Part shown: in pieces, positions 1 to 8,206 of the stretch | Position numbering within the stretch: position 1 is the stretch's first letter | Layout: each line of letters starts with the position of its first letter | DNA from: Pseudomonas aeruginosa | Lineage (GTDB): Bacteria; Pseudomonadota; Gammaproteobacteria; Pseudomonadales; Pseudomonadaceae | Reading direction: 5' to 3' | Length of the DNA stretch: 32,000 bases | Assembly: GCF_001457615.1 (NCBI RefSeq) | Contig: NZ_LN831024.1 | Span: 5,250,001-5,282,000 of the forward strand | Made by a program: the position numbers and the translations under genes | The notes under the pieces: generated by a model | The model's input: only the letters and a program-made list of their open reading frames with translations | The model's database searches: none | What the model was told of the DNA's origin: nothing

Positions 1-371
1 GGCCCGGCCTTGCATTCGAACAGGATGCTGTCCGGCTCCAGCACCACCAGGGCATGGAACACCCCGGGCGGCAGGTCGACACCGGGGCAGTCCCCAGCGG
101 CGCTCAACTCGCGCTTGTCGAGGAGTTCCCCGTCCTCGGCGAAGACCAGCAGGCCGAGACGGCCCTTGAGCACGATCAGCGCCTCGGCCTTGCCCGCATC
201 CAGGTGCCGGTGCGGCGGGATGTAGGTATTCGGCTGGAGGCCCACCGCCATGCGATGGCAGGGCTCCTCCATGCGGTGGAAGTTGTGATGCTGGCGACCA
301 CGCGGCGCGTTACCCGCCCCGCTCGCCAGTTCGGCGAACAATTGCTGGTCGAGGTAGCGCGGTCCGGCCAT
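1..371 (-). CDS. WbuC-type cupin-fold protein (N-terminal part only; 3' end lies outside the window)
   Basis: Minus-strand ORF with ATG at 371, one nt downstream of the hpt stop on the same strand, running off the window edge; it is absent from the ORF track because it has no stop in the window. My translation begins MAGPRYLDQQLFAELASGAGNAPRGRQHHNFHRMEEPCHRMAVGLQPNTYIPPHRHLDAGKAEALIVLKGRLGLLVF. The NFH...Y-x-PHRH pattern and beta-strand-rich continuation are typical of small cupins of the WbuC type. Confidence 0.65.
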   Translation of the reverse strand, partial: MAGPRYLDQQLFAELASGAGNAPRGRQHHNFHRMEEPCHRMAVGLQPNTYIPPHRHLDAGKAEALIVLKGRLGLLVFAEDGELLDKRELSAAGDCPGVDLPPGVFHALVVLEPDSILFECKAG

Positions 372-372
372 C

Positions 373-930
373 TCAGAGCCCCTTGACCGCGAAGATGCCC
401 GCGGCGTTGCGCCAGTAGCCCTTGTAGTCCATGCCGTAGCCGAACACGTAGCGGTCGGCGCAGTAGAGGCCGGTGAAGCTGGCCTTGAGGTCGGGCCGGG
501 CCTTGCGCTCGTGTTCCTTGTCCACCAGTACGGCGGTGTGCACCGCGCGTGCGCCGGCATGCTTGCAGAAGTCGATGATCGCCGAGAGGGTGTGCCCTTC
601 GTCGAGGATGTCGTCGATGATCAGCACGTCACGGTCGATGAAGGAGATTTCCGGCTTGGCCTTCCAGAACAGTTCGCCGCCGGAGGTCTCGTTGCGGTAA
701 CGGGTCGCATGCAGGTAGGACAGTTCGAGGGGGAAGTCGAGCAGCGGGAGCAGCTTGCCGGAGAAGATCAGGCCGCCGTTCATCACGCAGAAGACCACCG
801 GGTTGGTCTCGCCGAGATCGCGGTTGATCGCCTCGGCGACGCGACCGATGGCTGCCTCGACCTCGTCGTTGTTGAACAGGCAGTCGGCTTCCGCCATGAC
901 TTGGCGGATGTGCGCGAGATCGACGGACAT
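373..930 (-). CDS. hpt: Hypoxanthine-guanine phosphoribosyltransferase
   Basis: ORF 373..996(-). The internal ATG at 930 (MSVDLAHIRQVM...) is preceded by GGGAGAAG on the coding strand. It contains the PRPP-binding motif VLIIDDILDEGHTL typical of type I phosphoribosyltransferases. Confidence 0.9.
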   Translation of the reverse strand: MSVDLAHIRQVMAEADCLFNNDEVEAAIGRVAEAINRDLGETNPVVFCVMNGGLIFSGKLLPLLDFPLELSYLHATRYRNETSGGELFWKAKPEISFIDRDVLIIDDILDEGHTLSAIIDFCKHAGARAVHTAVLVDKEHERKARPDLKASFTGLYCADRYVFGYGMDYKGYWRNAAGIFAVKGL

Positions 931-1050
931 GGTGCTTCTCCCTGGCTGGGCTGAGAAAAAGTCGGCAAAGGTACTCATCCGGTCGCCATCGGGCAACCCC
1001 CGGCGGTCGAGTGCGAATCAGAATAATGGTCCAGACTGTGCGGAATGCAT

Positions 1051-1071
1051 TACGCTAGCGCAATTTTTTTG
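1051..1071 (+). promoter_or_regulatory. Candidate upp promoter -10 (TACGCT) plus initially transcribed A-A-T7-G tract
   Basis: The sequence is cat TACGCT agcgc AATTTTTTTG ccc, ending 27 nt before the upp ATG. TACGCT fits TAnnnT and the AA lies 6-7 nt downstream of it. I found no convincing -35. Confidence 0.3.
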
Positions 1072-1097
1072 CCCGCCCCCGTTGGAGACAGTCGCCC

Positions 1098-1736
1098 ATG
1101 CCCGTACATGAGATCCGCCACCCCCTCATCCGCCACAAACTGGGCCTGATGCGCCGTGCCGATATCAGCACCAAGAACTTCCGCGAACTGGCCCAGGAAG
1201 TCGGCGCCCTGCTGACCTACGAGGCGACCAAGGACCTGCCCCTGGAACAGTACGAAATCCCCGGATGGGCCGGCCCGGTGACGGTGGAGAAGATCTCCGG
1301 GAAGAAGATCACCGTGGTGCCGATCCTGCGCGCCGGCATCGGCATGCTCGACGGCGTGCTCAGCCTGATTCCCGGCGCCAAGGTCAGCGCGGTCGGCGTC
1401 GCCCGCAACGAAGAGACCCTGGAAGCACGCACCTACCTGGAAAAACTGGCGCCGGACATCGCCGAGCGCCGCTCGCTGATCATCGACCCGATGCTCGCCA
1501 CCGGTGGCTCGATGGTCGCCACCATCGACCTGCTGAAGAAGGCCGGCAGCAAGGAAATCCGCGCCATGGTGCTGGTCGCCGCCCCCGAGGGCATCGAGGC
1601 GGTACGCAAGGCCCACCCGGACGTGATCATCTATACCGCCTCGATCGACGAGAAGCTCGACGAGAACGGCTACATCATTCCGGGCCTGGGCGACGCCGGC
1701 GACAAGATCTTCGGTACCAAGCAGAAGGAAGCCTGA
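1098..1736 (+). CDS. upp: Uracil phosphoribosyltransferase
   Basis: 212-aa [23 protein letters not shown]...; the PRPP loop [12 protein letters not shown] and C-terminal [17 protein letters not shown] are hallmark Upp motifs. Confidence 0.96.
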   Translation: MPVHEIRHPLIRHKLGLMRRADISTKNFRELAQEVGALLTYEATKDLPLEQYEIPGWAGPVTVEKISGKKITVVPILRAGIGMLDGVLSLIPGAKVSAVGVARNEETLEARTYLEKLAPDIAERRSLIIDPMLATGGSMVATIDLLKKAGSKEIRAMVLVAAPEGIEAVRKAHPDVIIYTASIDEKLDENGYIIPGLGDAGDKIFGTKQKEA

Positions 1737-1738
1737 AC

Positions 1739-3022
1739 ATGGGCGATGCCTTCCAGGAGCCGCTCTGGCGCCAGGTGCTGTCAGGCGCGCAGATGCTGTT
1801 CGTCGCCTTCGGCGCGCTGGTGCTGATGCCGCTGATCACCGGTCTGGATCCCAACGTCGCGCTGTTCACCGCCGGCCTCGGGACCCTGCTGTTCCAATTG
1901 GTGACCGGGCGCCAGGTACCGGTGTTCCTCGCCTCCAGCTTCGCCTTCATCACCCCGATCATCCTCGCCAAGGGCCAGTTCGGCCTGGCCGCGACCATGG
2001 GCGGGGTGGTCGCCGCCGGCTTCGTCTACACCTTCATGGGCCTGGCGGTGAAGATCAAGGGCACCGGCTTCATCGATAAACTGCTGCCGCCGGTGGTGAT
2101 CGGCCCGGTGATCATCTCGATCGGCCTGGCGATGGCGCCGATCGCGGCGAACATGGCGATGGGCAAGGCCGGCGACGGCAGCGAGTTGCTGCCGTACCGC
2201 ACCGCGATGATGATCTCGATGCCGGCGCTGCTCACCACCCTGGTGGTGGCGGTATTCGGCAAGGGTATATTCCGCCTGGTGCCGATCATCGCCGGCGTGC
2301 TGGTCGGCTTCGCCCTGTCGTTCGTCTTCGGCGTGGTCGACACCGCCGCGATCGTCGCCGCACCCTGGCTGGAGCTACCGAAATTCACCGCGCCGGAATT
2401 CAACTGGCAGGCGATCCTGTTCATCGTCCCGGTGGCCCTGGCCCCGGCCATCGAGCATATCGGCGGGGTCATCGCGGTGGGCGGCGTCACCGGCCAGGAC
2501 TACCTGAAGAAGCCCGGCCTGCACCGCACTCTCCTCGGCGACGGCCTGGCCACCTCGGCTGCCGGCCTGTTCGGCGGACCGCCCAACACCACCTACGCGG
2601 AAGTCACCGGCGCAGTGATGCTGACCAAGAACTACAACCCGAAGATCATGACCTGGGCGGCGGTGATCGCCATCACCCTGGCCTTCGTCGGCAAGTTCGG
2701 CGCGATCCTGCAAAGCATCCCGGTACCGGTGATGGGCGGCATCCTCTGCCTGCTGTTCGGCACCATCGCCTCGGTCGGCATGAACACCCTGATCCGGCAC
2801 AAGGTCGATCTCTCGGAAGCACGCAACCTGGTGATCGTCTCGGTGACCCTGGTGTTCGGCATCGGCGGCGTGCTGATCGGCAGCGGTACCGGCCCCGACA
2901 ACATCGGCCTGAAGGGCATCGCCCTGTGCGCCATCGTCGCCATCGTCCTCAACCTGTTGCTGCCGGGCAACGACGGCTGGCAGAACAAGGCGCTCGACGA
3001 ACAACACAAGGATTCACACTGA
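1739..3022 (+). CDS. uraA: Uracil permease (NCS2/uracil-xanthine permease family)
   Basis: ATG at 1739 lies 3 nt after the upp stop (MGDAFQEPLWRQVLSGAQMLFVAFGALVLMPLITG...). The protein is polytopic and hydrophobic. The track ORF 1265..3022 is an upstream in-frame extension overlapping upp. Confidence 0.93.
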   Translation: MGDAFQEPLWRQVLSGAQMLFVAFGALVLMPLITGLDPNVALFTAGLGTLLFQLVTGRQVPVFLASSFAFITPIILAKGQFGLAATMGGVVAAGFVYTFMGLAVKIKGTGFIDKLLPPVVIGPVIISIGLAMAPIAANMAMGKAGDGSELLPYRTAMMISMPALLTTLVVAVFGKGIFRLVPIIAGVLVGFALSFVFGVVDTAAIVAAPWLELPKFTAPEFNWQAILFIVPVALAPAIEHIGGVIAVGGVTGQDYLKKPGLHRTLLGDGLATSAAGLFGGPPNTTYAEVTGAVMLTKNYNPKIMTWAAVIAITLAFVGKFGAILQSIPVPVMGGILCLLFGTIASVGMNTLIRHKVDLSEARNLVIVSVTLVFGIGGVLIGSGTGPDNIGLKGIALCAIVAIVLNLLLPGNDGWQNKALDEQHKDSH

Positions 3023-3029
3023 AAACAAC

Positions 3030-3060
3030 GGACGGAACACTTCGCTGTTCCGTCCATTTT
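3030..3060 (+). terminator. Rho-independent terminator after uraA
   Basis: GGACGGAACA-cttcgc-TGTTCCGTCC is a 10-bp perfect stem followed by ATTTT. Confidence 0.8.
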
Positions 3061-3184
3061 CCACCCGCCACGTTATTTTCAAAAGCATGTAGCCAATCGC
3101 TTACTACTTTGTAATTAAACTTCCCTGTATTTTCCAAACAATCACGTCATCTAACTGGCAGAGGCTTATTCGCGCTGCTATATA

Positions 3185-3204
3185 GCCAGTCAAGCATGAC
3201 TGGC
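3185..3204. promoter_or_regulatory. Perfect inverted repeat GCCAGTCA-agca-TGACTGGC in the AT-rich cupE1 upstream region
   Basis: Read directly from the sequence. It lies about 150 bp upstream of the cupE1 ATG, inside a roughly 300-bp region I hand-counted at 40-45% GC (lines 3061 and 3121). Confidence 0.35.
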
Positions 3205-3355
3205 GAGCCGCTCTGCGCCGCACCCGGCGCGTCGCCAGCCATGAACTTCGAGTTTGGCGGATATATAAGGCCGATCATTTAAAGTCGTGGGAACTTTATT
3301 TATCCGCCAACATCGTCCTGCGCCACCGACATTCGTTATCGACAGGAAGTTAGAG

Positions 3356-3904
3356 ATGAATAAACGCATTCCGGCAGTCTTGTTGTTCTGTGCCTGCGCC
3401 AGCCTGCTGGGCACCGCCCAGGCCGCCGGTACGCTGATCGGCCAGGTCGGCGTGCAGATGGTCATCGGTGCCGGCTGCACCATCATCAACGGCAGCGTCA
3501 GCGGCGGTATCAACCAGTGGGGAACCCTGGACTTCGGCAGCCATTCCGACCTCACCAACGTGGTCGACGCGCAGACCGTCGGCACCAGCGGCAATATCCA
3601 GATCCAGTGCAGCACCGGCCTGACCCCGAGCCTGACGGTGAACGCAGGCCTGCACGCCAGCGGCGGCCAGCGCTACATGCAGAACACCACCACCACCAGC
3701 AGCACCATCGCCTACAACATCTATTCGGACGCCGCGCGCAGCGCGCTGATCCAGGCCAACACACCGGTGGACATCTCCTCGGTCTCCACCGGCACCGCGG
3801 TCAACATCCCCCTCTATGGCCGCGTGGTGCCCACCGGACAAAGCACACCCACGCCGACGGCGGGGACCTACACCGACACCCTGCTGGTCACCATCGCCTG
3901 GTAA
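3356..3904 (+). CDS. cupE1: Fimbrial major subunit, spore-coat-protein-U (SCPU) domain, Csu/sigma-type pilin
   Basis: ATG at 3356 after AGGAAG. The signal peptide MNKRIPAVLLFCACASLLGTAQA is followed by a Cys pair (GAGCT...IQIQCSTG) and the C-terminal motif GTYTDTLLVTIAW, which is shared with the next two genes. Confidence 0.88.
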   Translation: MNKRIPAVLLFCACASLLGTAQAAGTLIGQVGVQMVIGAGCTIINGSVSGGINQWGTLDFGSHSDLTNVVDAQTVGTSGNIQIQCSTGLTPSLTVNAGLHASGGQRYMQNTTTTSSTIAYNIYSDAARSALIQANTPVDISSVSTGTAVNIPLYGRVVPTGQSTPTPTAGTYTDTLLVTIAW

Positions 3905-3952
3905 GACGCGCCGCCAGGCGCGGCGCCAGGCAGCATGGTCCTGGGGGGACCG

Positions 3953-4468
3953 ATGAGCCTGAACCGCTACTTCACCGGAGGACTGCTCTGCCTGCTCGGC
4001 TGCAACCCGGCAAACGCGCAGACCGCCACCATCGTCCTGAGCGCCACGCTGCTCCCGGCCTGCGAGGCAGGTAGCGTCGGCAGCGGCGGCGCGATCACCT
4101 TCGGCACCCTCGACTTCGGCCAGTACGCCTCCCTGAACAACGCCATCAGCGCCACCAGCCAGCAAGGCGCAGGCTCCATCCGGGTCAGGTGCGTCAGCGG
4201 CCAGACCTATGCGATCACGCTCGACGGCGGGCTCTACGGCAGCGTCGCCACGCGGCGCATGGCGAACATCGCCAACACCGCCCTCACCCTGACCTACAAC
4301 CTGTACAGCGACCGCCCCGGCGGCATCGTCTGGGACAACACCACCGGCGTTGCCGCCACCGGCAACGGCAACGACCAGTGGTACCCCATCTACGGCCTGG
4401 TGCCGGCACAGACCACGCCGGTCGCCGGGACCTACCGCGACACCGTCAACGTGACCATCAGTTGGTGA
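3953..4468 (+). CDS. cupE2: Fimbrial minor subunit, SCPU domain
   Basis: ATG at 3953 after GGGGGGA (alternative ATG at 3935). It has the signal peptide MSLNRYFTGGLLCLLGCNPANAQ and ends GTYRDTVNVTISW. Confidence 0.85.
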   Translation: MSLNRYFTGGLLCLLGCNPANAQTATIVLSATLLPACEAGSVGSGGAITFGTLDFGQYASLNNAISATSQQGAGSIRVRCVSGQTYAITLDGGLYGSVATRRMANIANTALTLTYNLYSDRPGGIVWDNTTGVAATGNGNDQWYPIYGLVPAQTTPVAGTYRDTVNVTISW

Positions 4469-5010
4469 TGCCGATGTCCAGCCGGCGTCTATTCCTGTCG
4501 CTTCTCCTGCTCCCGCTGCCGAACCTGGTCGCGCATGCCGATCCATCGCCGATCAGCCGCGCCTTCCAGGTCCAGGCGGTGGTCGCCAACGGCTGCGCCT
4601 TCGGCACCGCCATCAGCAACAACGCCTATGACCTCGGCACCCTGAGCTTCGGCACCCTCGGCAACCTGGCCAGTCCGGTTAACGTCGCCAGCAGCTCCGG
4701 GGCCGGCTCCATCGTCCTGACCTGCACTCCGGGAATGACCGTCTCCGTCGCCCTCGACTACGGGGTCAATGGCGGCAGCAGCAGCCAGCGCTACCTGAAG
4801 CGGGTGAGCGGTAACGAGACCCTCGCCTACCAGCTCTACCAGGATGCCGCCTACTCCCAGGTCTGGGGCAACGGGGCACTCGCGCGGACCATCGCCAACT
4901 TTCCCGCCAGCACCCAGACCTACACGGTATACGCGCGCCTGTTCGCGGTCGGCAGCCTGCCGTCCGCCGGCAACTACCGCGATACCGTCACCGTCACCCT
5001 TTCGTTCTGA
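4468..5010 (+). CDS. cupE3: Fimbrial minor subunit, SCPU domain
   Basis: ATG at 4468 overlaps the cupE2 stop (TGATG); an alternative ATG is at 4474. It has the signal peptide MPMSSRRLFLSLLLLPLPNLVAHA and ends GNYRDTVTVTLSF. Confidence 0.85.
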   Translation: MPMSSRRLFLSLLLLPLPNLVAHADPSPISRAFQVQAVVANGCAFGTAISNNAYDLGTLSFGTLGNLASPVNVASSSGAGSIVLTCTPGMTVSVALDYGVNGGSSSQRYLKRVSGNETLAYQLYQDAAYSQVWGNGALARTIANFPASTQTYTVYARLFAVGSLPSAGNYRDTVTVTLSF

Positions 5011-5028
5011 GCCGTCATGGAGGATCAC

Positions 5029-5817
5029 ATGCCCAGTCCACACCTACCTCTCCGCCCCGGCCGCTGGCTTGCGGCGCTGCTGGCGCTGCTCCTGGGCGGC
5101 CCGGCACAGGCCGCCAGTGCGGTGCTGATCTGGCCGATCAACCCGGCCATCGAAGCCGACCAGCCGGCCACGGCGCTGTGGCTGGAGAATCGCGGCAAGC
5201 AACCGGTGACCCTGCAGGTGCGCGTGCTCGGCTGGTCCCAGGCGGATTTCCAAGACGTCTATCGCAACCAGCAGGCAGTGATTCCCAGCCCGCCCTTCGT
5301 CAAGGTCGAGCCGGGCCGCCGGCAACTGGTCCGGCTGATCCGCCAGGGCGGCCAGCCCAGCACGCCGGAGGACGCCTACCGGGTGCTGATCGACGAAGTG
5401 CCCGACGGCGACGCGGGGCAGACGCAACGAAGCCCCGGTCTCGCCCTGCAGTTCCAGATGCGCTATTCGGTACCGCTGTTCGTCAGCGCCGACGGCGTCT
5501 GGACCCAGCCGCGTAGCGATGTCGAGCGCGACCCGGCCGACGCGACCCGGCCGAAGCTGGCCTGGCGGCTGGTCGAGGAACAGGGCAAGCGTTACCTGCA
5601 GGTGCGCAACGAGGGTAGCGTGCACGCCCGCCTCAGCCATGTCCGCTGGGAGGGCAACGGCCGCAGCCTGGCGCTGCTGGACGGCCTTCTCGGCTACGTG
5701 CTGCCCGGCCGGCAGATGCGCTGGCCGCTGCCGCCGGGGCTGCTGCCGGACTCCGGCATGACCCTGAAACTGCAACTGGCGGACAACGACGCGCCGATCA
5801 GCGTTCCCGGGTACTGA
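5029..5817 (+). CDS. cupE4: Periplasmic fimbrial chaperone (CsuC-like, archaic chaperone-usher pathway)
   Basis: ORF 5017..5817. ATG at 5029 follows GGAGGA (alternative ATG at 5017). After the signal peptide ...LLGGPAQAASA come VLIWPINP and LWLENRGKQPVTLQVRVL, which resemble the beta-strand motifs of PapD-fold chaperones. Its position between pilin genes and the usher supports the call. Confidence 0.85.
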   Translation: MPSPHLPLRPGRWLAALLALLLGGPAQAASAVLIWPINPAIEADQPATALWLENRGKQPVTLQVRVLGWSQADFQDVYRNQQAVIPSPPFVKVEPGRRQLVRLIRQGGQPSTPEDAYRVLIDEVPDGDAGQTQRSPGLALQFQMRYSVPLFVSADGVWTQPRSDVERDPADATRPKLAWRLVEEQGKRYLQVRNEGSVHARLSHVRWEGNGRSLALLDGLLGYVLPGRQMRWPLPPGLLPDSGMTLKLQLADNDAPISVPGY

Positions 5818-5833
5818 GGCGGACGTCGGTCCC

Positions 5834-8206
5834 GTGCCTCGCCCGTGTCAGCGGCGCTCTCGCCGCCACCGCTCGCTACTGATCGGCCTGGCGCTGCTCT
5901 CCCCTGTCCATGCGGCGGACTACCTGGCCGGACTGCCGCCGCCGCAACCCGCTCCGTCCGGCGGCGGCAACGTCCTCTACTACTTGGAACTGGTGATCAA
6001 CGGCCGCGACAGCGGCCAGGTGGTGCCGGTCAACGCCGCCGATGGCCATTACCTGCTCGACGCCGCGGCCCTGCGCGAAGCCGGCGTGCGCCTGCCTGGC
6101 AACCCCGCCGGACAGGTCGCGGTGGACGCCCTGCCCGAGGTCCGGGCGGACTATGACAGCGCCAGCCAGCAACTGCACCTGCAAGTGCCGCCGGACTGGC
6201 TGCCGGAGCAGCGCTTCGACGATCCCGGACTGGTCGCCCGCGCCCCGGCGCGCAGCAGCCTCGGCGCGCTGTTCAACTACGACCTGTACTACTCGGACCC
6301 CGCCGACGGCGCCACGCCCTGGCTTTCCGCGCTGCTCGAGCAACGCCTGTTCGACGGCTTCGGGGTGATCTCCAACACCGGCGTCTACACCCGCTATTTC
6401 GGCGACGCCGACAACCTCGACAGCCGCTACCTGCGCTACGACACCTACTGGCTGTACAACGACGAACGCAACATGCACAGCTACCAACTGGGCGACTACG
6501 TCAACGGCGCGCTGAACTGGACCACCCCGGTACGCATGGGCGGCTTTCGCTTCGCCCGCAACTTCGGCGTACGTCCGGACCTGGTCACCTATCCGCTGCT
6601 GCGCTTCGACGGCCAGGCCGCCGTACCCAGCACCGTCGACCTGTTCATCAACGGCTACAAGGCCAGCAGCGCCGACCTGCAACCCGGTCCCTTCGCCATC
6701 AGCAACGTGCCGTACATCAACGGAGCCGGCGAAGCCACGGTGGTGACCACCGACGCCCAGGGTCGACAAGTGGTGACCAGCCTGCCGTTCTACGTATCCA
6801 ACACCCTGCTGGCGCGCGGCCTGAGCGATTTCGACCTGTCCGTCGGGCGCCTGCGCGACGACTACGGCCTGCGCAACTTCTCCTATGCCGACAACGCCGC
6901 CAGCGGCATCTACCGCTACGGCGTCAGCGACCGCCTGACCCTCTCCACCCACGCCGAGGCCGCCAGCGACCTGCGCCTGCTCGGCATCGGCGGCGACATC
7001 GCCGTGGCCACCTTCGGCACCCTCAGCCTGGCGGCCAGCGGCAGCGACGGCCAGGGCGACAGCGGCCAGCAATACCTGCTCGGCTACTCCTACTATTCGC
7101 GACGGCTCGGCCTCAGCCTGCAACACATCGAGCGCAGCGCCGGCTATGGCGACCTCGGCACCCTGGACGGCGAGTACCAGTTGAGCCGGCGCACCGACCA
7201 GGCTACCGCCAGCCTGACCTTCGACGAGCAGGGCACCATCGGTACCGGCTACTTCGACATCCGCGCCCGCGACGGCAGCCGCACGCGCCTGGCCAACCTC
7301 TCCTACAGCCGCCCGATCGGCAGCCGCAGCAGCTTCTACCTGGCGCTGAACAAGGATCTCGACGGCGACGGCTACAGCGCGCTGATGCAACTGGTGATTC
7401 CCTTCGACATCAACGGCCTGCTGAACATCGGCGTCACCCGCGACAGCGACCGACGCTACAGCGAGCGGGTGATCTGGAGCCGCTCCACGCCGAGCCAGGG
7501 CGGCCTCGGCTGGAACCTCGGCTATGGCGGCGGCGCCAGCCGCTACCAGCAGGCCGACCTGACCTGGCGCATGCAGAACGTGCAACTGCAGGGCGGCCTT
7601 TATGGCGAGACCGGCAACTACACGCGCTGGGCCGATCTCAGCGGCTCGCTGGTATGGATGGACAACGCCGTGTTCGCCAGCAACCGGATCAACGACGCCT
7701 TCGTCCTGGTCAGCACCAAGGGTTATCCACAGGTGCCGATCCGCTACGAGAACCAACTGATGGGCAGCACCGACGACAACGGCCACCTGCTGGTGCCCTG
7801 GGTCGCGGCCTACTACCCGGCGAAGTTCCAGATCGAGCCGCTGGACCTTCCGGCCAACGTCAGCGCGCCCGAAGTCGAGCAGCGCGTGGCGGTACGCCAG
7901 GGCAGCGGCCTGCTGCTGGACTTCCCGATCCGTGCCGTAGTCGCCGCCAGCATCAGCCTGGTGGACGAGCGCGGCGAACCGCTGCCGCTGGGCAGCCAGG
8001 CCGAAGAAACCGGCAGCGGCCAGCGCGCCAGCGTCGGCTGGGACGGCCAGGTCTATTTCGAAGGATTGCAAAGCGACAACCAGCTACGCGTGGTCCGCCC
8101 CGACGGCCGGGCCTGCCAGGCACGCTTCCGCCTGGACACGCGCAAACCCACCGTCAGCCAGGTCGGCCCGCTGACCTGCTCGGCCCCGATCGGAGATACG
8201 CCATGA
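5834..8206 (+). CDS. cupE5: Outer-membrane fimbrial usher (CsuD-like)
   Basis: 790-aa ORF with a GTG start, a signal peptide ending SPVHAA, large size, beta-rich Gly/Tyr/Asp-rich sequence, and the expected position in the cluster. Confidence 0.9.
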   Translation: MPRPCQRRSRRHRSLLIGLALLSPVHAADYLAGLPPPQPAPSGGGNVLYYLELVINGRDSGQVVPVNAADGHYLLDAAALREAGVRLPGNPAGQVAVDALPEVRADYDSASQQLHLQVPPDWLPEQRFDDPGLVARAPARSSLGALFNYDLYYSDPADGATPWLSALLEQRLFDGFGVISNTGVYTRYFGDADNLDSRYLRYDTYWLYNDERNMHSYQLGDYVNGALNWTTPVRMGGFRFARNFGVRPDLVTYPLLRFDGQAAVPSTVDLFINGYKASSADLQPGPFAISNVPYINGAGEATVVTTDAQGRQVVTSLPFYVSNTLLARGLSDFDLSVGRLRDDYGLRNFSYADNAASGIYRYGVSDRLTLSTHAEAASDLRLLGIGGDIAVATFGTLSLAASGSDGQGDSGQQYLLGYSYYSRRLGLSLQHIERSAGYGDLGTLDGEYQLSRRTDQATASLTFDEQGTIGTGYFDIRARDGSRTRLANLSYSRPIGSRSSFYLALNKDLDGDGYSALMQLVIPFDINGLLNIGVTRDSDRRYSERVIWSRSTPSQGGLGWNLGYGGGASRYQQADLTWRMQNVQLQGGLYGETGNYTRWADLSGSLVWMDNAVFASNRINDAFVLVSTKGYPQVPIRYENQLMGSTDDNGHLLVPWVAAYYPAKFQIEPLDLPANVSAPEVEQRVAVRQGSGLLLDFPIRAVVAASISLVDERGEPLPLGSQAEETGSGQRASVGWDGQVYFEGLQSDNQLRVVRPDGRACQARFRLDTRKPTVSQVGPLTCSAPIGDTP

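Noticed and set aside
1265-1738. 5' extensions of track ORFs that overlap the preceding gene (1265..3022 for uraA; 4189..5010 for cupE3; 7654..9150 for cupE6; 15844..17598 for phr; 10805..12073 for hemH).
   Set aside because: The extensions are out-of-frame read-throughs of the upstream genes with Arg/Pro-rich junk sequence. Internal starts give proper signal peptides or conserved N-termini, with RBS or stop-start coupling.
3350-8071. Long minus-strand ORFs antisense to the cupE genes (3350..4546, 398 aa; 5044..5775; 5876..8071, 731 aa).
   Set aside because: Their translations are low-complexity Ala/Gly/Arg/Val/Asp-rich strings with no recognisable motifs, RBS or signal. They mirror well-supported plus-strand genes. 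Such shadow ORFs are expected in roughly 66% GC DNA because stop codons are rare in antisense frames.
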